DNA of 63,889 bases, filler included, from Candidatus Woesearchaeota archaeon (GTDB lineage Archaea; Nanobdellota; Nanobdellia; Woesearchaeales; GCA-2685855), in NCBI GenBank assembly GCA_002685855.1. It is 4 parts of 4 records of this genome, joined end to end, with 100 filler letters (N's around TTAATTAATTAA, not from the genome) between each part and the next. Parts side by side here need not be neighbours in the genome. Positions count along the whole stretch, not along the records: positions 18,795 to 40,388 come from NYYS01000033.1; positions 40,489 to 56,098 come from NYYS01000034.1; 2 more parts are not named here. One strand, 5' to 3'. The position numbers were made by a program, and so were the translations under genes. The stretch's first letter is position 1. Each line of letters starts with the position of its first letter. The notes under the pieces are model-generated. The model was not told the origin of the DNA. It worked only from the letters and a program-made list of their open reading frames with translations, and did no database searches. Shown here piece by piece: positions 38,564 through 47,851 of the stretch.

Positions 38564-39251
38564 GAAGAGGTTTAGGAATCTGAAAGAGGTTTTTGCAGAG
38601 GGTCCTCTCTATATTTCGGATAGGAAGGGCGAGATTTGTAAGGATCTTCTTAGTGGATATATTCATGAACGTGTTGTGTATGCACAGGAATGTGGGCTGG
38701 AGAATGTTTTGCGATCATCTTTTCATTTTCGGGGGAGAGAGAGGGTTAAAAATCAGAGAATGTATCAGAGTGTTGCGTTTGATTGCTATCTTTCGTTAAT
38801 TAGGAATAGGGGTGTGGAAAGGTTGTTGAGTAAGGTGAATAGTGTTCCTGATTTGCAGCAATGTTTGTTAATTCAGTATATGGTTGATGAGGGAGTACCT
38901 TTTGTTAGACAGAATAGGATCGCGTCTGCATATAATGAGATGAAGGTAGCACATGTTCAGATGAAGAAGAATGAACGTAGGAAGAGGTATCTTAGGGTGA
39001 TTGATGATCAGTTAAAAAAGGTAGAGGGGGTGTTGTATAGGTATGATGGGATTCGTCCGGGTTGGGAGTGGAGGAGGAGAAAGATGATGGTGGATGCTCG
39101 GATGAAGTTTGAGAAGGGTGTGCGTTTTGCTAAGGTCGGGTTTGCTGCATGGCTGGTGTTGTATGCTACTGCTGTGGGATGGGATTTGATGAATCTGGGT
39201 GAGAAGGTTGTTGATAGGGATAATAGTGAACCTGTTGTTGTGGTTCGTTAA
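38544..39251 (+). CDS. Basic protein with C-terminal TM anchor, last gene of the Ubl operon (start uncertain)
   Basis: Overlaps the JAB stop codon; hydrophobic VGFAAWLVLYATAVGW near the C-terminus. Confidence 0.65.
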   Translation: MTNMMCKKRFRNLKEVFAEGPLYISDRKGEICKDLLSGYIHERVVYAQECGLENVLRSSFHFRGRERVKNQRMYQSVAFDCYLSLIRNRGVERLLSKVNSVPDLQQCLLIQYMVDEGVPFVRQNRIASAYNEMKVAHVQMKKNERRKRYLRVIDDQLKKVEGVLYRYDGIRPGWEWRRRKMMVDARMKFEKGVRFAKVGFAAWLVLYATAVGWDLMNLGEKVVDRDNSEPVVVVR

Positions 39252-39793
39252 AGAAATCGCATGAGTGAGACGAGTGATTGGTATCCTTTTTTCATTTCCT
39301 GTAAGGGTGTGAGTCTAGCACGTGCTGAAATTGTTGGATGAAGTATTTTGTGGTAGGCTGTGTTGACAAATAGTTCTTTTTCTTCTGGATCGAGAACAGT
39401 GTCTGGGAGAAGGATAAAGGAGCTGTCGTGATGACGACCTGCTTCTTTTTGTATTCTGAGAATTCCGTCTGCCTGTTCTGTTGTTAGAGGATAGATAACA
39501 TCTTTTTGATCGCGTTGTGGAAGATAAGGGGTTAGGTCACTTACTGCTGAGGGATCTTGAAGAGTTTTTTGTGCATGGTCTAATGCTATTGCTTTTGCAA
39601 CCAGGAGGCAGATGGCCCCTTGAGTAAAATCGATCTGCATCTCTGTAAGTCTTCTTCTTGAGTCAAAAACAAAGGCCATTGGATCGTGTGATCTTGGAGG
39701 TGGTCTGGGTGGGAATCGAACAGGGAGTTCTTCTAGATGAGATCCCCGTACATAGGTGGGGTTCATTGATTTGTATAGGGGTGGTGCGTTCAT
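39248..39793 (-). CDS. Hypothetical protein
   Basis: 181-aa ORF directly downstream of rps12 with strand-typical codon use. Confidence 0.6.
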   Translation of the reverse strand: MNAPPLYKSMNPTYVRGSHLEELPVRFPPRPPPRSHDPMAFVFDSRRRLTEMQIDFTQGAICLLVAKAIALDHAQKTLQDPSAVSDLTPYLPQRDQKDVIYPLTTEQADGILRIQKEAGRHHDSSFILLPDTVLDPEEKELFVNTAYHKILHPTISARARLTPLQEMKKGYQSLVSLMRFL

Positions 39794-39809
39794 TAGGGTG
39801 TTAAGAAGT

Positions 39810-40247
39810 TTATTTTCTTGCTTTCTCTAGTTTTCCTCCTCGCAGTGCTTGCAAGGATTGGTCGTTGACTTTGATAACTTGCCAGCGGACTCCTGGGATG
39901 TCTCCTTTTGATCGTCCCATACATCCACCGATGCATTCGATCATTACTTCGTCGTGTTCGTCTACAAGTTTGGTGGCTCCGTCTCCAGGGAGGAATGCTG
40001 TTACCTGTTTTCCATTTTTTACGAGCTGGACACGGACACATTTTCTCATTGCTGAGTTTGGTTGTTTTGCTTCGAGTTGGACTTTTTCGAGGACGATTCC
40101 TTTGGCTTGGGATGTTCCTCCGAGCGGGTCTGATTTGGCTTTGAGGCCGAGGACTTTTTTGGCATACCATTTATACATGCGTCTGGAGGTTGATCTTCGT
40201 TTTTCCAGCTTTCTGGCTGCATTTACTCCTGAGGACTTTTTAGACAT
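39810..40247 (-). CDS. rps12: 30S ribosomal protein S12 (uS12, archaeal type)
   Basis: [45 protein letters not shown]. Confidence 0.98.
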   Translation of the reverse strand: MSKKSSGVNAARKLEKRRSTSRRMYKWYAKKVLGLKAKSDPLGGTSQAKGIVLEKVQLEAKQPNSAMRKCVRVQLVKNGKQVTAFLPGDGATKLVDEHDEVMIECIGGCMGRSKGDIPGVRWQVIKVNDQSLQALRGGKLEKARK

Positions 40248-40388
40248 AGTTGGGGGAGAAGCTGGGTGTTTATAAAGCTTTCTGGTTTGGGTGGTGGGGT
40301 TATTAGGGGGTGCTTAATTGTTTTCTATATGGAAGTTTTACCGCTTCGGGCCTCCCTCCGGCCTAAAGGCCGGAGTACCTACCGGCCC

Positions 40389-40488
40389 NNNNNNNNNNNN
40401 NNNNNNNNNNNNNNNNNNNNNNNNNNNNNNNNTTAATTAATTAANNNNNNNNNNNNNNNNNNNNNNNNNNNNNNNNNNNNNNNNNNNN
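40389..40488. other. Artificial contig-joining spacer
   Basis: N44-TTAATTAATTAA-N44. Confidence 0.98.
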
Positions 40489-40606
40489 ACAGTAGTATCA
40501 GTGTGATGCTTTGGGATGGAAGGGAAGTGTTCTCAAAAACACCTCACACACCCTTTTACCTCACACACCCTTTTCCCACCTTCCTCCCTTCATCACACCG
40601 ATATTT

Positions 40607-41086
40607 CTATTTAATCAACGTGGCCATGATGTCTTGAAAAAAAATCTCTTTTTCTTTATAGAATACGGATTCTCTTCCAATAAAATAGGTGTAATCTCCT
40701 TTAAAGGTGAATGTGTACTTGAAGTCGCCCTCTTCAAATCCATCAAGGCCTCTGAACGGGATCTCTTTTGTGAACTTTCTTAGCGCTTTTTTTAGAAACT
40801 CAAAGGTTTCATCAATGAAGTCATCAGAGAGATCTCCAATGGTTTGACCTTGATAGGACATACACCAGACGGGTTTGTTTTTTAGAAAAACGACCTCTCT
40901 TCCAGGCGCCCAGGAGATACCCGCATAGGAATCATGATATCTCCAATCGCCATCGATAAAATCGTAGTCTTTGTGTTCGGCCTGGATGGGTTTTTTACAT
41001 CTATATTTTGATTTTATCTCTTGTGGGGCTGCATAGGTGTTTCTATGTGCTTTTGCTATGAATCCCAATAGTTGTTTTTTATTCAT
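40607..41086 (-). CDS. DUF5680-like protein
   Basis: TYAA, YHDSYAG, GREVV, PVWCMSYQG, FLKKAL, PFRG, FIGRE. Confidence 0.7.
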   Translation of the reverse strand: MNKKQLLGFIAKAHRNTYAAPQEIKSKYRCKKPIQAEHKDYDFIDGDWRYHDSYAGISWAPGREVVFLKNKPVWCMSYQGQTIGDLSDDFIDETFEFLKKALRKFTKEIPFRGLDGFEEGDFKYTFTFKGDYTYFIGRESVFYKEKEIFFQDIMATLIK

Positions 41087-41118
41087 TTTGGAGAATTTGT
41101 TTTATGAGCATGTTCTGA

Positions 41119-41640
41119 TTACCTGAGAGTATTGATGAATTCTTCATAAAAGGTTTCCATGTTGAGTTTATGGTGGAAGAGATAGGTAGCAAAACGGATA
41201 ATGATGAATATGATTGCGACAAAGAGGAAGAGGAATCCAAGGTCTGCTGCTCCCATGTCGAAATAGAAGAAGCTGAATGCTGCACTAATTGCAGGGGGAT
41301 GGACGACGTTGAAGAAGAGAGTTAGGAAGGAGCTGAGAAAGACTGTGAGGAAGAGGCCGAGTTCGTAGGAGAAGCCGATTTGGTTTTTGATCATAGTGAT
41401 GAAGACCGCGCTGGCAGCTGCTAGGAAGTAGGAGTAGAGGATGGTGTGGAGTTTTGTGAGGTGATGAGCGTCTTCATGGGCGAGGATTATTGCAGATCCT
41501 CCAACAGATGAGAAGAGGATAATTTCAGGAAGGGAGAAATTGAAGAAGAATGTTGTGAGTGCAAGTCCTAATCCTGCTACCAGGGCTTGGATAAATTTTT
41601 TGTGCCAGAGCAGGCGTTTCTGGAAAAGTTTGAGCAGCAT
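41119..41640 (-). CDS. HPP-family membrane protein
   Basis: Multiple TM segments; SVGGSA and VHPPAISAA. Confidence 0.8.
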   Translation of the reverse strand: MLLKLFQKRLLWHKKFIQALVAGLGLALTTFFFNFSLPEIILFSSVGGSAIILAHEDAHHLTKLHTILYSYFLAAASAVFITMIKNQIGFSYELGLFLTVFLSSFLTLFFNVVHPPAISAAFSFFYFDMGAADLGFLFLFVAIIFIIIRFATYLFHHKLNMETFYEEFINTLR

Positions 41641-41677
41641 AGGGGTTCTGGGGAGGATGGGTTTAAAAAAGTTATGC

Positions 41678-43351
41678 CTAACCAGGTGTTTCGGTTAGCT
41701 CATAAAAATGAATCTGATTCTTTTCAATGTCTGTGTAGGCTAGGATGTTGTCATGGACTGCCATTGAGCGGAATGCTGCCCATCCCCCGGGGTAGTTTTC
41801 TGGGTAGACGTGGGTGAGAAAGTCTCCGTGTAAGGGTTCTTGTCTGTATGCCTTGATTGATTGGGCAACTTCGTCGGAGGATTCTGTTACGGCGTAGAGG
41901 ATTCCGTTTGAAGATAGGCAATGGTTGCTGGGTGTTGATCCTCTTTTGAGTTGTTCAGGTGCAAAAAAGGCTAGGGGATTTTTCAGTGCCGTATCTGACA
42001 GGCTTTTATCAACAGCAAAGATGTTGTTGTTTGCTTTGAAATAGAGTTGATTTGCATGCAGTTGGATTCGGGCAACGTTGTCTGATTGGTTATCCAGTAG
42101 TCCTCCTGCTGGATCGAATTCAAGATGGGATCCTATTTGTCTTTTTCCGTCGGTTGCAATGATTACATTAGCTGTGTTTCTATGAGACATGGACGGCTGT
42201 AAGACAAAGTAAAAGGTTCCATTGTCTTCTTCAACCTGGAGATATTGGAGGTCGTATAATCTTGATCCCAGGGAATGATCAAGTACACTTTCTGCATCCT
42301 GGAATCCTGATTCGTTATCTGTGAGTTCTTCAAGGTCTTGATTGTATCTTTGTTCTCCGCCGTTTATGTAGATGATTTTGTCTGAGCCGCAGAAGATGGA
42401 TCCCTGAAAGCTAAATCTGTGTCCGAGCGCACCTTTAAATAGTCCTGGTAGAACGGTATCGATAGAGGTTACAATTCCTGGACGGAGATGGTGGAGTTGA
42501 AGGATCATTGTACCAGATAGTGGATCGTCTTTGCCAGGATCGATCTTTCCTCCGAGGACTGCGAGTCTTCCTTCTGGGGTAAAGGTTATTGCATAAGGAA
42601 TGATGTCTACTGTTTTTGTTAGTTCGGGAAGGAGTTTTGGAGGAGGAAGTTTGTGTTTTTCTGTAAGTAGGGAGTGGGCGGCTGTGTGTTGTTGAAGGTT
42701 TCTTCGATATTTTTGAAGGTTCATGGAGAAGGCTTGTTGAAGGCCATCAATACCTTGATACAGAGAGTCTTCACGGGTGCTGAAGGCAAATCCGCCGCGA
42801 AATATTGAATCCATACACTCAAGACCATAGTCTGTTTCTTCAACAGCTCTTAGGAGTTCTTCACGTGTTAAAGGTGTGCCTTTTGCTTCTAGAAGGCCCA
42901 TAAGGATTTTCGAATCATGCATATAGAAAAGGGTTTCTTCATGTTCAGGAATGACAAAACCTTTTTCTCGAGCAGTTTGAAGATAATCCTCTGTTGTTGT
43001 AAAGAACATCCTGATTGCTTTTTGTTTGAGTGTGTCGTTGAGTTCTGCTACTGGTGTTCCCAGGATTGTTCCTACTCTTTCAAGAGATTCTTTTTCCTGT
43101 TGTAATCTGTAGCCAATGCGGAATACAGGCATATCTTGCATAAGAGGGTCATCCATTTTGAAACTTCTGTTGAGAGGATCATAAAAGATTGATGAGAGTT
43201 CTTCGCGTTGGACTTGTCGATCTAGTTGTTGTGAGACTGTTGCGAGAAGGTCGCCCAAGGTTGTTGCTTCTAGTTGTTCTCGATCAATGTGTTTGGTGGC
43301 TTCTTGTACTGCGGTTCGTAAACGGGTTTGTTCTTCGAATGTTTGTGTCAT
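41678..43351 (-). CDS. Hypothetical protein, helical N-terminus plus probable C-terminal beta-propeller
   Basis: PYAITFTPEGRLAV, CLSSNGILYAV, SMAVHDNILAYTDIEKNQIHFY. Confidence 0.6.
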   Translation of the reverse strand: MTQTFEEQTRLRTAVQEATKHIDREQLEATTLGDLLATVSQQLDRQVQREELSSIFYDPLNRSFKMDDPLMQDMPVFRIGYRLQQEKESLERVGTILGTPVAELNDTLKQKAIRMFFTTTEDYLQTAREKGFVIPEHEETLFYMHDSKILMGLLEAKGTPLTREELLRAVEETDYGLECMDSIFRGGFAFSTREDSLYQGIDGLQQAFSMNLQKYRRNLQQHTAAHSLLTEKHKLPPPKLLPELTKTVDIIPYAITFTPEGRLAVLGGKIDPGKDDPLSGTMILQLHHLRPGIVTSIDTVLPGLFKGALGHRFSFQGSIFCGSDKIIYINGGEQRYNQDLEELTDNESGFQDAESVLDHSLGSRLYDLQYLQVEEDNGTFYFVLQPSMSHRNTANVIIATDGKRQIGSHLEFDPAGGLLDNQSDNVARIQLHANQLYFKANNNIFAVDKSLSDTALKNPLAFFAPEQLKRGSTPSNHCLSSNGILYAVTESSDEVAQSIKAYRQEPLHGDFLTHVYPENYPGGWAAFRSMAVHDNILAYTDIEKNQIHFYELTETPG

Positions 43352-43445
43352 GGATGTGCCTCACTATGCTGTTGATTGAGGAGAACGGAAGAGAGGTTAT
43401 AAATGTATCTTTTGTTTTTTAAATGAGATAGAATTGTTTATAGGG

Positions 43446-44807
43446 TTATTTGAACATCATCTTTCCTTTTCCTTTCATCATTTTCTGCATGGCTTTTTCC
43501 ATTCCTTTTTCTGATGATGCGCCTTTCATGAGTTTCATCATTTTTTTGCCTTGTTTGTATTGTTTGAGAAGTGAGCGTACATCGGAGGGGGGGACGCCAG
43601 ATCCGTTTGCAATTCTATCAACTCGGGTTGTTGAGATTAGTTCGGGGTTTTCGAGTTCTTGTTTTGTCATGGATTGCATTGCGAATTTCCAGAGTTTGAG
43701 TTTTTCGTCCTGGACGTTGAGGACTTCTTTGGGGATTTGTGCGCTGCTGAATCCAGGGATCATTTCGACGATCTTGTTGAGAGGGCCCATCTTTTTCATG
43801 GCTTCCATCTGTTCATAGAGGTCGAGGAGGTTGAAGTCGCCTTTGATGAGTTTTTTGGAGAGGTCTTGTGCCTGGTCTTCGGTGATGGCTTCTTTTGCTT
43901 TTTCGAGGAGTGCTTCTAAGTCGCCCATGCCGAGCAGACGTCCAACAAATCCTTTTGGGTTGAACTCTTCGAGGTCGTGGATCTTTTCTCCTACTCCGAT
44001 GAAGCGGACGGGTGCTTTTGTGACTGAGCAGGCGATGAGGCTTCCTCCTCCTTTTGCTGTTCCGTCGAGTTTTGTGATGACGACTCCGGTTACGTTGCAG
44101 GTCTGGTGGAATGCTTTTGCCTGTGCTTCTGCTGCTTGTCCGATGTCTGCGGATATGACGAGGTAGGATTCGTTGGGTTTGACTGTTGTGTTGAGTGTTG
44201 TGAGTTCTTCTATGAGTTCGTCGTTGAGTGCATCTCTTCCTGCGGTGTCGATAATGACGATGTCGTATTTGTTGAGTTCGGTTTCGAATTCTTTGTAGAT
44301 CTGTTCGGGTGTTTTCTTTTCGGGGTTTCCGAATACTTTGAGTTCTGTTTGTTGTCCAAGTTGTTTGAGTTGTTCGAATGCCGCCGGGCGCCAGGTATCT
44401 GTGGAGATGAGGGCGACTTTGTAGGATCTTTTTTTGAACCAGAGTCCGAGTTTTGCTGCGGTTGTTGTTTTTCCGTTTCCAAAGAGTCCGACGAGCATGA
44501 GTTTGTAGGGTTTTTTCTTGATGTCGAACTTTTTGAGTTCTCCTCCGAGGAAGCTTACTAATTCTTCATAGACGATATTGATGAGCTGTTCTTTTCTGTT
44601 GATGCCTTGAGGGGGTTTTTCTTCTATGGCTCGTTGTTTCATGCGTTTTGTGATTTCGAAGACGAGTTTGACGTTGATGTCTGCCTGGAGAAGGGAGCGT
44701 TGGATGTCTTTTATGAATTCGTTGATGAGTTTTTCATCTACAAAGAGTGCTGTTGTTATCTTCTGCATGGTTGCCTTGAGGCTGTCTGACAGTTTGTCCA
44801 GGACCAT
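43446..44807 (-). CDS. srp54: Signal recognition particle protein SRP54
   Basis: LLQADIN, GLFGNGKTT, DTAGR, TKLDGTAKGGG, Met-rich M domain RIANGSG. Confidence 0.97.
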   Translation of the reverse strand: MVLDKLSDSLKATMQKITTALFVDEKLINEFIKDIQRSLLQADINVKLVFEITKRMKQRAIEEKPPQGINRKEQLINIVYEELVSFLGGELKKFDIKKKPYKLMLVGLFGNGKTTTAAKLGLWFKKRSYKVALISTDTWRPAAFEQLKQLGQQTELKVFGNPEKKTPEQIYKEFETELNKYDIVIIDTAGRDALNDELIEELTTLNTTVKPNESYLVISADIGQAAEAQAKAFHQTCNVTGVVITKLDGTAKGGGSLIACSVTKAPVRFIGVGEKIHDLEEFNPKGFVGRLLGMGDLEALLEKAKEAITEDQAQDLSKKLIKGDFNLLDLYEQMEAMKKMGPLNKIVEMIPGFSSAQIPKEVLNVQDEKLKLWKFAMQSMTKQELENPELISTTRVDRIANGSGVPPSDVRSLLKQYKQGKKMMKLMKGASSEKGMEKAMQKMMKGKGKMMFK

Positions 44808-44945
44808 TTGAGGATGGAAGGGTTCTTGGTTTAAAAAGGCTTCTGGTTTGAATTATTTTCAATATAGCTATTAAAGAGGGACGGAGTTGGATTTAATTGT
44901 AACTTTCAGAGTTGTAGGTAAAGAAGGTCTGAGTTGGTATGCTTT

Positions 44946-45848
44946 TTATTGATCGCTCTCATAACAAAACTTTTCAGCTAAGAGGACTGCATCTTTATTT
45001 CCAACGTAGATGGGTGTTCTGTCTCCGATTCCCTGTGGGGTTTTGGTTAGGATGCTTTGTTTGCCGTCTGAGCAGGCGCCTCCTGCTTGTACTATGATAA
45101 ATGATAGTGGATTGCATTCGAATAATAGTCTGAGTTTTCCTTGGTTTTTTTCTTGAAGGGCAGGATAGGTAAAGATTCCTCCTTTGTGGAGAATCTGGTT
45201 AACGTCGGGCACCATGCCTCCGCTATAGCGGAGTTTGTAGCCTTTTTCTCCTAATGCTTTGATATAGTTGCTGTGCCAGGGAAGGTAGTCTTTTGCTAAT
45301 CCTCCGGGGGCGTATAGTTTTCCTTGGGGTATTTGTAGGTTTTCTTTGCGCAGGATAAAATCTCCTATTTCGTTCAGTACAAATTCATGTACTCCTTTTT
45401 TAATTGTATAGACAAGGGTTGTTAAGGGTCCATATACGACGTATAATGCTGCGTCAAGTTTTTCTCCTTTTTCCATGACATTTCCTTCTTCGAAGATTCC
45501 TACTATTGTGCCGATTGAGAGATTGACGTCGATGAGACTGGATCCGTCCAGGGGATCAAGGGTGACTCCAAATTCTCCGTCGGATTTTAGTATTTCAACA
45601 ACTTCGTCTTGTTCTTCTGAAGCTACGGTTTTTACTAGTTTTGATTCACGCAGTCCTTGGATCATGTGATCGTCTGCCCAGGTATCTAGTGCTATTTGTT
45701 CATCACCATGAATGTTTACTGTTCCTGCTTTTCCTTGTTGATGAAGAATGGCGTTGGCAATGTCTTTGCATAGATCTGTGATGCGACAGATGAGTGTTAT
45801 CATGTGTTCTGTTGCTCCTTGTTGTTCGAGATGTTCTCTTAGCTTCAT
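44946..45848 (-). CDS. fbp: Fructose-1,6-bisphosphatase class I
   Basis: ASEEQ, DPLDGSSLIDVNLSIGTI, LRYSGGMVPD, GKLRLLFECNP. Confidence 0.95.
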   Translation of the reverse strand: MKLREHLEQQGATEHMITLICRITDLCKDIANAILHQQGKAGTVNIHGDEQIALDTWADDHMIQGLRESKLVKTVASEEQDEVVEILKSDGEFGVTLDPLDGSSLIDVNLSIGTIVGIFEEGNVMEKGEKLDAALYVVYGPLTTLVYTIKKGVHEFVLNEIGDFILRKENLQIPQGKLYAPGGLAKDYLPWHSNYIKALGEKGYKLRYSGGMVPDVNQILHKGGIFTYPALQEKNQGKLRLLFECNPLSFIIVQAGGACSDGKQSILTKTPQGIGDRTPIYVGNKDAVLLAEKFCYESDQ

Positions 45849-45885
45849 AGCCTTTACCTTTTTTTGAGTTGGTTGTTTTTCTTTT

Positions 45886-46845
45886 TTATGTTCTGTTGTA
45901 GATTTGTACTGCTTCTTCAACGTTTTTTCCGTCGATGGTGATTGCTGAGATTGCGTTGCACATTCTGACGGCTTCGTCTAGTGGTTTTTGGTGGATGTTT
46001 CTTCCTGTTGCGTTTCCTGATGCTCCGCTAATGTGTATCTGTTTATGGAGTCGTGTGAGGAATTTTGTTGCATCTGTGCTTGATCCTCCTGCACAGACAA
46101 CATTACAAGCGCCTGCTGCGAGAACTGCTTCTTTGAATATGTCTTCGGATAGTTCTCCTTCTTTTGATGGGTAGTTTACCTTGACAAAGTCTGCGCCGAG
46201 TGCACAGGCCGTTCCTGTTGCTCCTGCTATGAGATGGGGATCTTTTTCATCAAGAACTGCTTTTCCTCGCGGATAGATCCAGAATACTACGAGTAGACCA
46301 TTTTTATGGGCGTCTATGCAGACTTGTTGTGCTTCTTTGAGCATTTTGTGTTCAAATTCTGAACCAAGGTAGAGGGTGTAGCCTACAGCCATGATGTTTA
46401 GGCCGGAGTTTTTTTTCATGTCAATTACTTGTTGTACGGTTACGAGTTGACTTGAGAAGGGATCTTGCTGGTCTTTTTTAACGAGATGTGTTTTTGAGTT
46501 TATTTTGACAAGGTAGGGTATGGTTGGAAAGAGCGGGCCGTAGCGGGATATTAATCCGTATTGTGCAGCGAATACACCTATTCTTGCTTTGCTGGCGATG
46601 TTGAAGAGGTGGTGGGGTACGCTGTCATCTTTTGCAATGGGTCCGAGGCTGGATTGGCCATAGAAATCATCGTTGAGGTGCTCTATTTTCTGGTCGCCGG
46701 CAAAGAGCATGAGATGGCCTGTGTTGTGGGTAAGAGTAAGAAAATTTTGTATATATTCGTTGCGCATTGTTTTAGGTACATCACCTGGTACGAGAACATC
46801 TTTTGATTCGAGTTTTCTAAATATTTTCACATCACATCCCTCCAC
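45886..46845 (-). CDS. Class I fructose-bisphosphate aldolase (DhnA/FbaB family); GTG 46830 is the likely start
   Basis: AGDQKIEH, VGYTLYLGSE, WIYPRG, LGADFVKVNYP (Schiff-base Lys), GNATGRNIHQ. Confidence 0.9.
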   Translation of the reverse strand: MEGCDVKIFRKLESKDVLVPGDVPKTMRNEYIQNFLTLTHNTGHLMLFAGDQKIEHLNDDFYGQSSLGPIAKDDSVPHHLFNIASKARIGVFAAQYGLISRYGPLFPTIPYLVKINSKTHLVKKDQQDPFSSQLVTVQQVIDMKKNSGLNIMAVGYTLYLGSEFEHKMLKEAQQVCIDAHKNGLLVVFWIYPRGKAVLDEKDPHLIAGATGTACALGADFVKVNYPSKEGELSEDIFKEAVLAAGACNVVCAGGSSTDATKFLTRLHKQIHISGASGNATGRNIHQKPLDEAVRMCNAISAITIDGKNVEEAVQIYNRT

Positions 46846-47077
46846 AGTAGATTATTTTGTTGATGAAATGTAGAAGGCATATAAATATTGGCTTGATCAT
46901 ACTACGTCGGATGATTTTGTTTTCAGCTCTTCTATTGCTCCTTTGATCATCAGATAGTAGGTGTTGCTAATTCAACAAAGTTTTTTACCATGAGGATGAA
47001 ATGTTCAGAAGGGATATATACTATTTTTTGAACGTTAGGAATGATTAAATGATAATATTGAAAATAATGTATCATGG

Positions 47078-47533
47078 GTGAAGGCTAAAGATTATATAGC
47101 ATTAAGAAATCCATTTGCCATGAATGAGTATATCCTACGGCTGAATAGTGGAATTCTTAACATAGGTCTTGCTGTTGTGGTGGGGGGGTGTACGAGCTTT
47201 GGCAGGGTGCCTGATGGTAGTGTGGATCTTGGAGAGAGGTATCAGGGGAGTGTTGAGGCGTTGGCGAAGCTTCGTGAGGCTGAAGAGTGTAATGGGGTGG
47301 CTGAACAGCAAAGGCAGAAGAAGGAGGATCTTCTTGGGTATTTTAAGGGGCCTATACCTCAGTCTATTCTGGATTCCTATTCTCAATTGAATCATATCAC
47401 TTTGTGGAATGCTGATAGTGGTGATAGGGACAGGTTTATTAGTACGGATGAGGCTAAGACCTATGCAGATCAGGTGTGTGGAGTGAGGGCAGCGAACCTT
47501 GGTTCTGTGGGTGTGAGTTCTCTTGAACCTTGA
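47078..47533 (+). CDS. Hypothetical secreted/lipoprotein-like protein
   Basis: Lipobox-like LAVVVGGC; EF-hand-like DSGDRDRFISTDE. Confidence 0.5.
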   Translation: MKAKDYIALRNPFAMNEYILRLNSGILNIGLAVVVGGCTSFGRVPDGSVDLGERYQGSVEALAKLREAEECNGVAEQQRQKKEDLLGYFKGPIPQSILDSYSQLNHITLWNADSGDRDRFISTDEAKTYADQVCGVRAANLGSVGVSSLEP

Positions 47534-47587
47534 TATCTTGTTCTGAGAGGAAACTTTTATAAATCGTATAGAGCTCCAGAAACGTAT

Positions 47588-47759
47588 GCACCGGTAGTCT
47601 AATGGCTACAACCGTTTACATTTGTAAAAGGATGCCGTAAAGGATAGAGGCCTTCCATGCAAGGATTAAGGACTTCAGGGTTTTTGATCTGCAAAGAGAG
47701 CCTTTGATCCGGGAGATGCCTGGGTTGAGCATTCGGATATTCGAATCCCGGCCGGTGCA
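47588..47759 (+). tRNA. tRNA-Gly(UCC) with three introns: D-loop 47609-47639, 37/38 at 47658-47698, 53/54 at 47714-47739
   Basis: After intron removal: GCACCGG/CCGGTGC, GTCT/GGAT D stem, GAGGC-CTTCCAA-GCCTT, CCGGG-TTCGAAT-CCCGG; BHB helices TGGC/GCCG and TCCG/CGGA; TATA TTTATAAA upstream. Confidence 0.92.
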
Positions 47760-47851
47760 TTCAACCCTTTTCTAACGCCTTTTATTGACAGAGTTGCTTT
47801 TAAGCCTATTATTTTGGCAAGCTTTAAAAACAACAGGTTCTCAACAGGTGG

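Noticed and set aside
40341..40388. Minus-strand GGGCCGGTAG as a tRNA 5' half or split tRNA
   Set aside because: No D-arm consensus or anticodon arm follows; kept only as an unexplained hairpin
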